Shown one piece after another: positions 23,394-35,654 of a stretch of 64,000 nucleotides of DNA. This stretch comes from Camelus dromedarius (lineage: Eukaryota): assembly GCF_036321535.1 (NCBI RefSeq), contig NC_087447.1, positions 37,078,001 to 37,142,000 of the forward strand. The letters are read 5' to 3'. Position numbers and translations under genes: made by a program. A model generated the notes under the pieces. The model did not search any database and was not told the origin of the DNA. It worked only from the letters and a program-made list of their open reading frames with translations. Within the stretch, counting starts at the first letter, position 1. Every line of letters begins with the position of its first letter.

Positions 23394-23575
23394 CTAGGGG
23401 TTTTCAAAATGTGGTCCCCAAGCCAGTGGCATCATCACCCAGGAATTTGTTAGAAATACGGATTCTTAAGCCCCCATTCTGAATGAAAAACTCAGGAATT
23501 GAGACCAGGAAACATGTGCTTTAACAAGCCCTCCCGGTGATTCTGCTGTCCTTTTCAGTTGGAGAAGCATTCTGG
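23394..23575. mobile_element. MER5A-like hAT-Charlie DNA transposon
   Basis: ttttcaaaatgtggtcccc...gcatcatcacccaggaatttgttagaaatac...tttaacaagccctcccggtgattctg...gttggagaagca. Confidence 0.85.
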
Positions 23576-23934
23576 CCTCTCCTGTGGGCTAGTGTTTGGG
23601 GACTTGAACGGCCAGGATGGAAGACAGTAACCCTAGAGTGCTTTGGCCAACATCTTGGAAACTTGAAGTAGGTTGTGACTCTGTAGGCAGAAGTAAACCA
23701 AGTTGTGCTTGTCAATAGTCAAAAACCATTTTAATAGGCATACAACCAACCTGTGTATTTATTCTTCTAAATATGTCTCTTCTTTGTATAGTTTATATAG
23801 ATGAGGATACTACTATGTTTAGCTATTTTTTTCAGTGAACTATAGCTTTGATTATAAAGTGATAAAATGTAGAAAAACCCTTGGCTCCAATAGTGAAGGT
23901 AAAAATCTGGAGTTTACCATGAAACCCGAGCCTC

Positions 23935-23954
23935 ATCTGCCATCTGGTGGCCGC
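23935..23954 (-). promoter_or_regulatory. Candidate CTCF binding site
   Basis: Reverse complement GCGGCCACCAGATGGCAGAT fits the CTCF core CCASYAGRKGGCR. Confidence 0.6.
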
Positions 23955-24094
23955 ATACCCTACTGACAGGTGGCGACAGGAATAACTACAAAGATCTCAA
24001 AGATCTCAGAGAGATGGGAATTGGGAGCCACCTTGGGACTAAAGAAATTAGGGAAACGTGTCCGCCTAGCACCAGGCCGCTTGGTTCTCTCTCA

Positions 24095-24340
24095 GAGAAG
24101 CTGAGTAGGGTGTGAAGAACGTGGATGTTAGACTCAGACAGATCTGGGTTAGAGCAACCTTTGGAAAGATACTTCATATCTCTGAACCTCAGTTTCCTCA
24201 TTTTGAAATGCAGACGATAGTATAAGAATGCCGCCATCATCTCCAGATTATTCTGAGGGTCAGATGAGGGAACTGGTTGAAAACAGCTGGACATGTTTGG
24301 AAAACTGTTAAGAGCTGCCCAGATGTGAGTTGTTTATTAT
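24095..24340 (+). mobile_element. MIR SINE
   Basis: gactcagacagatctgggtt...tctctgaacctcagtttcctcattttgaaatg...aaactgttaagagctgcccagatgtgagttg. Confidence 0.85.
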
Positions 24341-25564
24341 TTAGGTTTGAAACTTAGTCTTTGTGGAATGTGATGTTCTCCGTTGGAGGAATTCTAGATA
24401 TTAGCAAGCAGGTGGAGAAGGTATTTAGTGTTTGGGTTTGTCTTGAAAATTTTTTTAAAAAGACCTAGGGGAGGGAGATTCTGCCCTGCGATTACCCCAA
24501 CTCTCATTTAGGAAGGAAAGAGGCGTGAACAACTCTAAGCCCCACTGACGAGATAGCAAGAAGACCAAGAATCCTGGCCGTGAGCCATTCTCCTTCATCT
24601 TGTCCTTGTGTTGTCTCAACTTGGGGGAAAGAAGGATTGGGGAAAAGCGGGGACACTGGATGGAAGTTTACAGAGACAAAGGTGGGAATGAGGAAAAGGG
24701 GGAGAGAGAGAGGACGGAGGGCAAGACGGACGGCAGGAAGGGAGTGTGTAGCAGAGAGGCTCAGAGAGAAAAGAGAACTTGGAGGAAACCAGGTTAAAAT
24801 AAGGCTCAGACAGAGGGAAACAGCCGTGGGGCCGGGGCCCTAGTCGGTTCCAGGCCTTTCCAACCCGCAGCACCTTCTGTGAGTCTGCTTTCACAACTGG
24901 AAGACTTCTTTCTTCAGGGACCTTGTGCTTTTGTAGCCGTGAAGTGTTTGGATCCAGTGAGCTCAGTGAAGGAGAAGAGTCATACAGCGCTGGAAAAAGA
25001 GACCAGATGTCTTTGAAATCATCTAAATTGTCTCTATTTTTAAAAAAAGTTACTCTTTCCATTGCTGCCAGATCTGAAAGTCCAATTTGCCAGGATAATA
25101 TATCCGGTGTGGAGAAAGATTTCCAAACTTGAAGTGTTTGTCGCTTAGCAACCCAGAGGCGTGAAGGGCCCACTTGGGCCATTGAACCTTTCAGGGGACC
25201 AAGCTTCCCCGAGCAGCATGGATGGGCTGGGAAGGAAGGCGGGCTCCCTCAGGCCCTGGGCCCACTGGGCCTCCACTGCCAGACTTCTTCCCAGGTGCTT
25301 GAGGCCAATAAGATTTAAACAGAGGAAGAAAGGGAAGAGGAGAGAGAAGCAGAGAGAAAGGGAGCCACCTAAAGACAAAAGTCCCAGAGATGAAAGGAGT
25401 TGAAAAGAAAAACAGCAATTATGCCTATGCCCACAGCACACATCCAGATAATGACTTCTCACGTGGTATGGAGCAAGAGGGTTCCTTTTGCAAAGGCTTT
25501 TTAAATTTTAACTTAAAAAAAAAACTATGCATATGATCATTATTACCATTTTACTTGCTCTTTT

Positions 25565-25830
25565 ATTCATTTTTTAAAATTGAAATTTTTAAAGAAAATT
25601 TTAAGATTTTTAAATGTTTTTGTTGAAGTATAGTTGATTTACAATGTTTCAGGTATATAGTGAAGTGGTTCAGTTTTATATATTATATATATATGTGTGT
25701 ATATATATATTCTTTTCAGATTCTTTTCCATTATAGGTTATTACAAGACATTTAATATAGTTCCCTGTGCTATATAGTAGGTCCTTGTTTATTTTATATG
25801 TAGTAGTGTGTATCTGTTAATACCAATTCC
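25565..25830 (-). mobile_element. 5'-truncated cetartiodactyl-type L1 3' end
   Basis: ttgaagtatagttgatttacaatgtttcaggtat...ttcttttccattataggttattacaagacatttaatatagttccctgtgctatatagtaggtccttg, preceded by a T-rich decayed tail. Confidence 0.85.
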
Positions 25831-26124
25831 CTGCTCTTGTTTACAAAGGATGTTTTCAGTCTCCACATGGTGGGTTGAGCATCCCTTCCCTCGTTGACCC
25901 AGAACTCAGTGCGCAGTTTGAGGCCTCAGGTTTCAATGGAGACGTGTCTATCCATTCACCTGTGTCCTACCGGGGACTGGCAGAACGATGGCTGGGCACT
26001 GTAAGTATCCCCCCAGTACCCACTCCTTCTCTCTGATTGTTGGTCCACTTTCCATCTTCCTGCCTCTCCATGGTTCTTGACCTGGCAACAGAGGTGACTC
26101 TCTACCTGGGGCTGTGGTCCAGAC

Positions 26125-26555
26125 CTAAGCTCGGGTGCACAGTCCCATCTTCCCACCACAGTGGCTGGTGCTGGGTCAGGCCCGTGAGCCCGTTCTGGCT
26201 ATTGAGCTGTCAGTTAGAGGAATTTGCTGGGGATTCCTAGGAGAGTTCTTCCTCATGCATCTGGAGGAATGTCTAGGTGGTCCTTTTTCATTCCCTCTGA
26301 ACACTTGCAGCTGTTGTGGGGACCGTGAGAGGGAGACAGGCTTAGGGCGAAGCTGAATCTACGAAGGGCAGGGTGACGAGAGGAAACAAGCGAACCAAGG
26401 AACAAATTCTTGCTGGCGTGGTTAGGCCATGGAAGCAAACTATTCCTGAAGTTCAGCTTTTTCTTGAATCTCCAGTTATATAAAACAATAATTTTCCTTT
26501 ATTGTTTAAGCCAGTTTGAACTGAGTTTTCTGTGACTTAGAATCAAGCATTCCCT
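26125..26555 (+). mobile_element. MLT1 (J/K-like) ERVL-MaLR solo LTR
   Basis: Ends ccagttatataaaacaataattttcctttattgtttaagccagtttgaactgagttttctgtgactt. Confidence 0.75.
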
Positions 26556-26564
26556 ATTTGTACA

Positions 26565-26760
26565 GTCATATTTATTGAGCACTGACTCTATGCCTACCAC
26601 TGCACGAAATGCTTTTGTGTGTGTTAGTCTCACCTAACCCCCTGGGAACCTGGCAGAGAGGGCATAATGTCTCCATTTTTCAAATGAAGAAAATGCCAGT
26701 TTTACTACTGAAGTGGTCTGTGGCAGAGCTGGGGTCTTCACCAAGGGCTGTCTGACTGCA
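26565..26760 (-). mobile_element. MIR SINE fragment
   Basis: atttattgagcactgactctatgcc...ctccattttcaaatgaagaaa...gtggcagagctgggg. Confidence 0.8.
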
Positions 26761-27219
26761 GGTCTCAGACGCACCGGTGCTCGGATTCTGGGCAGGCGAC
26801 AGAAGACACCTGCTCTGAGCAGAGGTGGGAGGGGAGCCTGAGGGCGAGGGCGAGTCTGAGCTGACAGGACAGACAAAGGCCAAGAGGAGGGTCTTGAGTA
26901 AAATCTGCAGTGGGTTCAGATGACCTGGCTTGTTCAGGGTCGTCATGTGGCAAACTGTCCTCTGACAGTCTGTCCCCACCACGTCTGAGCACAGCTTGCT
27001 TTAAATGGCAGTGCCCTGGACGCCGTGAGGAATAACAACTTAATGACAACTACTCATCCCTATAAACATTTGCAAAGGCTTGTGAAATCTTATTTTACTT
27101 CACTCATGTTTCCTAATTTAATGTCTTCCTTTCAATCTCCCTCTTCCAAGTCAAGACAAATCAGCAAACCCCTGGAATGACAAGACCATTGGGACATGCC
27201 AATACTCGTTAACGTTCAA

Positions 27220-27405
27220 GTAATATTTTTTCTGCGCCAGGCACTCTTGTAAGTGCTTTCCAGATGTAGCGCATATGTTATGAGGTAATGTATTGTCCAT
27301 CCCCCGCCCACTGCAAATGTGGACATGGAGGCTCAGAGAGGTTAACTAGCTTGGCCAAGGTCACACAGCTGGATCTGGTGCTCTCAACCACTCTGCTATA
27401 TTGCC
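27220..27405 (-). mobile_element. MIR SINE fragment
   Basis: gcgccaggcactcttgtaagtgcttt...ggaggctcagagaggttaactagcttggccaaggtcacacagct. Confidence 0.85.
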
Positions 27406-27659
27406 TTTTCATCTGGACAGGATGAACAGAACCTCCTGCCAAGGCTCTTGGCAAACAGGATACTATAGATCTAGTGATAGAATGGGCCTGCCTTACTCTA
27501 AGTACCAGAATAACACCATTCAGTATGGAAATGAACCGAGCATGGCTTTGAAGTTGTGACACTGATTTTTTTAAAAAACACAATACATCTTATAATGCAT
27601 ATTACTGCCATATTCTTTAAGGTACCTTGCACTCCACATCCTCACTTTCGAAAGGAAGA

Positions 27660-28735
27660 AAGCCAGAAAAGACTATATAAAAATCTTGGAAAAAGAAAAA
27701 TGGTGAGAAAGGACTAGCACTGCCAGATCTTAAACAGTAGTCATTAAAGCCATGTGATCTGTGAATGAAAATAAACAAGTGGACCAGTGGAAAATAACAG
27801 AAAGCTCCTTCATACTATTATTTAGTATATAATAGAAGTAGTATTTCATATGTAGAGGGTTGGGCAAAACATAGTACCTAGTAACATTAATTTGGATTCT
27901 TTCCTCCAATCATATACCACATTAAATTCTGGATAGAGTAAAAAAGTAAAATATAAAAACTGAGGCCACAAACTATCTAAGGGAAAATTTAAGATATGAT
28001 GAGGGAAGGCTTTCCTAAATATTGCATCAACAGCAGAAACCATAAACAGATTTATAGATTTCACAATATAAAACAAATATTTCCATATAGTGACTATACC
28101 ATAGAATATATGAAAGTCAAAAGGTTCATAGCCATAGTATATAAAGAACTCTTATAAAATCAGTAAGAAAAAATGGTGAACATAGCAATATAAAAAAGTC
28201 AGGCCACTTTCACAGATTGTTAATGGAAGTATAAATTTACACATGATGAAATACAATGTGACAAAATACATCAAAGGCCTTAAACATTTAACCCAGCCAT
28301 TCCCTTTCCAGAAATTTATCTTATGCAAAGGTATTTGTGCAAAGGATGATCATCCCAATGTTATTCATGATAATTAAAAAAATTGAAATTAAGTCAGCTG
28401 TCTGGAGAGAGAGAGAACAGGTTAAATAAATGACAGTGTCTCTCCACTCAAAGAACACAAAACAGTGTTAATTAATTAATCCTTTGATTATTAAGGATGG
28501 TGTAAATGTATATTTGCTGACATCAAAACGTGTTCTTGGTCTGCTGCTAAGTGGAAGAAGGAAGTTACAAGTATGTATCCAAATATGCTCATATTTCTGT
28601 ATAGATAAAGCCCTCTTCCTCCACGTGTAAAAATACCTAGCAAGCTATTCACCTAAAACTAAATATGTTGTGTGTGTATGTATTTCTATGTTTTCCAAAA
28701 TAAACATACATGTCTATGCAATAAATTTAAATATA
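27660..28735 (+). mobile_element. Old L1 (L1MC/ME-type) ORF2 end and 3' UTR
   Basis: ggactagcactgccagat...acaagtggaccagtggaa...gggaaggctttcctaaat...tatataaagaactctta...cccagccattccctttccagaaatttatc. Confidence 0.75.
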
Positions 28736-28889
28736 TAGCAAGTTATTTTGTTTGTATCAAATAGTACATGATAAAAAATAAAAACTGAAGATGCACCTGT
28801 AAATAACAAGACCATTTTCCCCTTTTTCTGGACTGAGTGACATTTGAATTAGCCCATTAGGTTGCAAGGAAGATCACGTCCCTGGGAAC

Positions 28890-29095
28890 CCCACTGACCT
28901 GGATTGAAATCTCAGTTATTACGTACAGCTGTAAGATTACAGACGCACCTCTTAACCTCCTTGTGACTCAGTGTTCTCACTCGCAAAATGAGAGTTACGT
29001 TTATCTTGCATGATTGTTATGTGGAATACATTAAAATGGTAAAACTTCTAGCTCAGTGACTGGCACTTTGAAGAGTCTTAGTAAAATTACAACAA
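28890..29095 (+). mobile_element. MIR SINE fragment
   Basis: gacctggattgaaatctcag...cttaacctccttgtgactcagtgttctcactcgcaaaatgag. Confidence 0.75.
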
Positions 29096-29109
29096 ATATT
29101 AGTCTCCTT

Positions 29110-29352
29110 TAGTACTCGGCTCGAATGCCCCACTGGATGTCTTCACCAGCCAACCCAGACAGTTTGTTCTTTACTGAGAGTTTTCTTATAGCTCTTTATG
29201 GACACCTGCTAGTGCTCACTCTGCTTTGACCCATTAGATATGAGCCCCTAGAAGCCAGGGATCAAGTGAGCTTACCTCTGGGTCCTAAGTACCTAGCTCA
29301 TTGCTTGGCACATAGTGGGGGCACATGGAATAATTGTTGAATGAATGAATAA
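29110..29352 (+). mobile_element. L2 3' end
   Basis: tagatatgagcccctagaagccaggga...cttggcacatagtggggg...ttgttgaatgaatgaat. Confidence 0.8.
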
Positions 29353-29569
29353 TGATTATAATCAATAGCAGCAATGTTATAAGTAAACCCTTCCCTAAGG
29401 GAATAATTTTGGAGGCAGACACTCATTGGTATGTATATTATGGTGCATTTTTTAAAAACTACATGAACATTATTTTGGAATCCCATTTCATTAGGAATTG
29501 GATTATAAGATTTCGTAAAGAAATGGAATTATATTATAGATATAATATGTAAGATATATTATAACAATT

Positions 29570-29858
29570 ATGATTGCAAATATTTATTGAGCACTTGTGT
29601 GCCTGGCACTAGGCTAGGCCATACATATGTGTGTGTGTGTGTATATATGTATGTATATAGATATATACAAAATATCTATGTAATATTTATATGGTATATA
29701 TTAAATATAAAGTTTCACTTATTCCTCTCAAAAGGTGAACAATGAAGAAACTGATGATTAGAGAGTATGTCACTTGCCTCCAGTATCTAGAAGTGGCAGA
29801 GTCAGGATTCAAACCCAGATCTCTCTGGCCAATCCAGGATCCTATGCTCTTAACCATG
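29570..29858 (-). mobile_element. MIR SINE interrupted by TG/TA-rich simple sequence
   Basis: atttattgagcacttgtgtgcctggcact...atgaagaaactgat...agtggcagagtcaggattcaaacccagatct...gctcttaacca. Confidence 0.8.
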
Positions 29859-32005
29859 ACCCTCTTGAATGGCCTTTTAAAGGCCTCACTGAGAAGAATG
29901 ATGAAAGTTCTGTAGCAGCTGGATGAACTGAGAAGCCTGCAGTGGTGGAAGACGAGGAAGAGGAAGGTGGTTATGCTGGAGCTAGGAGGTGAGAATGCTA
30001 GAAGGGAGGTCAGTCGTGGGAGACGATGGGGAGAAGCAAGACGAGACAGAGTGAGTGGGGGAACAAAAGACAAAGCCATTGACTGCTGTGGTCTGCCATG
30101 TTGGGAGGCAGCATTTCTATGATTTGGGCAAAATTTAGAAACAGGTGATACTACGTAATCAAGGTAGAGATGAAAGGTATGTAAATGGATTCCATTTAGT
30201 CTTGCAGTTAAAAAAAAATCAACTTTTATTGAAATAAATATATTGATTGGTTGTGTTGAATGAAAGCAAATTGGCTGTCCAGGAAAATCTTTGCAGGAGG
30301 AAGCCGTCCTTTACCTCCCATCCCAAGCCCTAACCTTCCCCCTACCCCACAAGCCTTTTCGGTGTTCTATTTCTGCTAATCCTTGCTAAGAAGTAACTGG
30401 TGAGCAAGAGGTTAGCTGACGGGGTCTCAAGGTGCGACCTTTCCCAGGGGCATTTGCATGTTAATAGAGGATACTGGGAACCCAGGAACAGCCTCCAGGT
30501 CTCAAATGAAAGAAGTCCTGAAGGTGGATGAGAGGGGTGGCTCGGCCCCCAGGAGCCCTGCTGTGGAGGCCACGTTGAGTCAGCCTCTGTGGATGGCCGC
30601 TGGTCTGGGCTTCCCTCCAGCTGCTTTTACAAAGCAATAGTTTGGAGAAGAACAAAGCGATTGTGTTTATTTCCCTGCAAGTGCTCCATTGCCAGGGCTG
30701 TGTTCTCAGTGCCCAGCTCAGAGAATCTGGACCCAGTAAGCTTTGCTTAATGGTACTTCATTGAATAAATGAAGAACCCCCCCACCCCGAACCCTCCCAA
30801 AACACACACCTTTAGTCCTATTCCCCACGAGCCCCTTAAGCCCCAGAGCCCAGGCCCCAAACCTGGGCAACGTCTTCCTAGTGATAAGAATATTGCCAGG
30901 AAGCAATTTCTACCCATTTGCATTTTGTTATTTTCCCTCCTTATAACTAGGGAACCTCAAAACTTGTGCTGAATTGTGTGACCTCACTGACCATGTTTCA
31001 TGTTCCTCTTTGAACTGTGCTCAAAGCAATCTCCTTCTTAACTACAGCCTAACTGCAGAAAAGGAAATTCCTAGGTGGACACGATTTCATGCACACACAC
31101 ACTTCAGGGTCCTGGGGAGGGAAAGGGGGCGGGGGACGGAGGGGGAGAGGGCAGCGAGGACAAGACGACTTTTCTGTTTGGCTGAATTCATCAAAAATGT
31201 CCAAACCCCATACCGAACATTCATCACTAATTAAATCCTAGCACCATAATTCAGAGAAAACAATTACAGCATTTAGAATTTTTAAAGGAACTATTATTGC
31301 TGTCTTGGCCCTTTTAAAAATTATGCTCCCCAAAGGACAAAATGTGATCCATTAATATGTATGTATTATTACTTTTTTTGTAAGGGGAAGATTGCTGATG
31401 CCTGTGAATATGGAAGCATTTATCGGTTGCCGACAGCCGCTTCGTTGACTTGCAGTTTTAAGTGCAGTATTTTCTAGAATCTAAAAGGCTATAACATTAA
31501 TTACCTTTTGGCTTTTAGCTGGTGGCTTGCTACTTTCTGTCCCACGTTCTCTTCTCTTACCTTGCCACATGGGTAACTGGTTATCCGGTGTCAGGTTTGG
31601 TCAGAGCCAGGACGAGTCAAAACCATTATTGGGAAAGATCATGGGGTAATTCATTCAACGGAGGGCAATTGCTCCCATTTACCTTTGGTGCCCAGAATGA
31701 GTCCTTGTTTCTCAGTTTTCAGTTGAGCTCTCCCCTCCCCTCCACCGTGCTAGCCCCTAAGCAAAAGGCATTCTGAATTCCTAAGTCAAATCTGAGATTC
31801 TTCCCTGTTGAGTGTCTCCAGCTAAACTGGGATCTGCTACTTTTTTCTCTTTTGTTTTACTCTTCTTTGTTGTGATAATTTAACAGTATTATTCAGAGGT
31901 GAGTTAACTGAGTCTGGCACCAAAGATCGCAGTTGGCCTCTGTAAAGATGTGCTGTGTGCTTGACGTGTGTGCCCGTGTGTGTGCGCACGCGCTCGCACA
32001 CAGAG

Positions 32006-32052
32006 GTGCGTGTACGTATGTACATATGTATGTATGCATGTATACGTATATA
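32006..32052. repeat. 47-bp perfect alternating purine-pyrimidine tract
   Basis: gtgcgtgtacgtatgtacatatgtatgtatgcatgtatacgtatata alternates R/Y at every position. Confidence 0.9.
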
Positions 32053-32889
32053 AAAGCACGACTCAGAAATGTTCATTCGGCTCCCTGATCAGTCTATTGT
32101 CACATGCATTTGGCATTCATTATCCATGAGCCTGCGGCGCCTCTGGTCCTGTGCCCTGGCTAACAGTGATTTGGTTTATAGAGATCATATGGCAGGGAAA
32201 CAGACCTTGAAAGACAGAGCTCTGAGAAGCACATTTGATGAATTTCCTATGATTTGAGTCTGGGTTTATTCTTCCCCGTGGCGGGGCAGACACCCCAGAG
32301 CACACACACCGGCCTGGGAGCCGGCGAGGAGTGGAGGCTATGACAATAAGCACACTGTTTTTTCCTTCACACGTCTCGGGTTGCATTTCCTATCTGGGAA
32401 AAAAAGAAAAGGGAGCCTTGTAAAGGATCCAGAATCTGGGCAGGAAACCACACAGAGTGAAGGTTGCCATTGTCATTAGCAATTAATGTAACCACCAGGG
32501 CTGGAAGGAGAAAGCCCTGCCAAGGCGGAGGGTGGGGGGGGAGGGCGGAGGCTGCTGGGGGGAGGGGGCTGCCCACCCCAACTCACCAGCCATGCTGGGT
32601 CGGAGGACTGAGCAGGCCATCATCTCCCCAGAAGCTCCCGAGAGACTGCACGGTACTGAATGCTTTTCATTTTAAAACAAGGTGCCCAGGACTTGATAAG
32701 TTACAAATGTCTCTGTCACTCATTTTCACTCTCTGTGGCTCCATGCCCAATTCCTTAAGTCCCCTCCATAAGTGAATTTTTTTCTGTCTAAGTGAGTCTG
32801 TTGAGGCTCATTTCTTCAACAGTATTTACTGAGTACCTTCTAAATGCCAAGTACTTGGGGAGCTGGACAAGGGGCTGGTGCTGATCTAC

Positions 32890-33120
32890 GACATGTGTGG
32901 AGTGTATGAGTACCAGGCATGGTCTATATATTCTTCATTTCTTACTGATCATTTAGGTATCAGTACAACTCTGTGAGCTAGGTTTTCTTCTTACCCATTT
33001 TACAGATGAAATAGCTAAGGCTCAGGAAGGTCGATTAACTTTCTCCAGGTCATAAAGCCAACACATGAGCCAGCTGGGATTTGAGCCCCAGCAAATTTGT
33101 CCTCTAATCCTTGTTTTTAT
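32890..33120 (-). mobile_element. MIR SINE (within L2 remnants)
   Basis: acaactctgtgag...cccattttacagatgaaatagctaaggctcag...gctgggatttgagccccag. Confidence 0.8.
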
Positions 33121-35654
33121 GCCCTCAGGGCGCCCACAGTCTAGTCTAGACTCAGCAAGTCAGTCAGTGAGGAAATGACATGCTGATATAGGCAAGAATG
33201 AATGTAAGCTTAGGGTCTCTGGGGGTCCAGAGAAGAGACACCTACTCCAGCCTGGGGAGGCACTCAGGGAAGGCTGCCTGGAGAAGGTGAGTTTGACATT
33301 CCTCCTGTTTTCTCTTGTGTCCCAGCAGTGTGTTGGACACAGTAGTTAGTCTGGAAGGAAATGTTAATATATTAGTATGTCTGCACTGCTCACTATATAG
33401 GTGCTGGGATGTTCTGTAGATCTATCCAGTCATCAAAAATATCTGCTTCTTATGTCCTGCTCAGTGAAGTCCCAAGTGGGCTGATAAGAGCTGGGACCGC
33501 CACGTTTCTTCTACATTTTAGATGGATGCAATCGCTCTCCCATTCCTTCTTCCCCCTCCCTACTTTGTCTCTCTTCCTCTTCATCCCACCCCTCCCTGCC
33601 CCCACCTTCTTTCTCCTTCTTTCTGGTAGTTTAAAAACTGCCACTTTTCATTAATGTGACCAAAATGTCATCAAGTAGTTTAATGCTCTTTAATGTCCTT
33701 GTATCGTTTACGTTTTGCGAACAGTGTGGAAATGAATCCCATCTGTGGGTTCAAGAACATCAAAAAAGTTGGACAGGCTATTTAGACGTGCTACTTCACA
33801 TTGCATTAGTGTGTACAATGTCAGGGGGCCGAGCCAAGCACGGCCTGTCCGGGCCTCCGCCCGCCCCTTCCCCAGGCTGGGAGGGACAGATCACTTACCT
33901 CGGGAACTCAGAGTCAGTCCTGGGGATGGGGGCTGGAAGGCTGCCCAGAGGCCCCAGGAAAAGTGTGAAGGCTAAATAAAAAAATGAGAAATGATTCAGG
34001 CAAATCTCTCTCTTCCTCTCTGGTGCCAAGATGCCTCAAACGCCCCAACAATAGCTTTTTCGTCACTTGGGCGAGAGGCTGGTTATAATGCTGTCTGACT
34101 TCTTCAAAAGTAATTAGCCAGTCCCTCTTTCTCTCTCTGTCTCTCCTCCCCCGCTTATTCCCGTTCCCCAGGGAAGGAAGCTCAGGGGCCAAAATTAAGC
34201 TGACAGTTTGTAAGGAGATGGCTGTAAACCAAAACTGACTACTGAGCACCAAGTTCAGGGCCAGCGGAGCTCATGACACAGGTGCTCTCTGGAGGACCCC
34301 AAGAGCGTGTCAAAAGTCGCATCAGCAGGGGGGTGATCTCAGGATGACCAGTTTGCTGTGGCATCCCGGTGAAAGGTGCTGATGCTGGAGTCACCCTGCT
34401 TGAATTCCGACTCCTCTACTTTCTAGAAATATGGTCCAGAGCAAGGGAACCCTTGTGTCTTGGTTTCCTTTCCTACAAAATGATGGTACTAATTGTATCA
34501 ACCTAATTAAAAGAGCTAAGGGATGTGAAGCCCGCAGACTAGTGTCTGGCCATAGTGAGTCCTCAGTGCAGGTTAAGGATCGGCTATTATCAGTAGTGAT
34601 TTGTTGCCCGGCTCTGGCCACCTCCCTGCACCTACACTGCGCCTGTCAGCTGTGCTTCCAGGTGGAGTCAGTCCTCCTTCCCTCCCAGCGGAGCTCTCAG
34701 CCTGAGCGTGACCCTCACCCTCCCCTGCAAGGGGAGCGGAGAGGAGGAGGGGCTGGGACCTTGACTCCAAAATACCCTGGCTTTTTTCCAGCTCTGTGGA
34801 AACCCCTCATTCTAATGCATTCCCTGGAAAGAAAGATGTAGCTTTTTATTTCAGGAAAAAAAAAAAAAAAGAAACCGCAAACAAAAGCTTCTATTCTTCC
34901 CCAGCCATGGAGTACAGCAAGAGTGGATTTTTAACTGTTAATCATTACAGCTGAATGAATAATAATCCACCTCTCTGAAGGCTCTTAATCAGTAGCCAGT
35001 ATTGTAAACTACCCCCCCTCCTTGTTTTGCTTTTGCTCATGTGAATATCTAATTCCAAATATAAACATAAGCAAATAACTTCTGATTGTTAATTCACAAT
35101 TTTCAAGACAAGGTCATTCTGTTTTAACTTCTAAGGTAAACAAACATGGTCCCTTAATGCAATTACCAGCAGGGCAGTTTGTTTCTAAGTTCTTTATAGG
35201 ATGTGTTTTGTAAGATGTGCATCTGTCAACCTGCTGGTTGTTTACACTGAGGCAACTGGGAGAAGGCCATGGGGTGTTATACCTGGAGTTCCCTGGAGAC
35301 ACGTGAGCTCAGCTGACATCAGCCACCGCTCCGGTCTCTGTGCTCAGACTGGTGGGAAGGACGCTGGATTCTCAAGCCTGCCAGACCTGCCTCTAGGACC
35401 TGAGTCATCCCTTACTTGCTGTGTGACCTTCGACAAGTCTCACAGTCACCCCCAGCTTGATTTTCCCATCAGTGTAAAACAGGGCTGATCAGTGCCCTGT
35501 GGGGCTCTCAGGGTCCTATTTTTGTGATGTTAACATGTGCTCATCCTGCAGGCTTCAGCTGAGAAGGCTTTTCCTGACCTCCTGACTGGGTTAAAGGCCA
35601 GCGCCTTCTTGATCCATCCACTTTGCATTTTCACTCTCCTAACACTGCCATTGG

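Noticed and set aside
24616..25182. Longest ORF in the track (188 aa, minus strand)
   Set aside because: No recognisable domain; the C-terminal third is translated low-complexity purine-rich DNA; no supporting exon structure.
33825..33905. CpG island or promoter
   Set aside because: The CpG-rich patch is under 100 bp, too short for an island.
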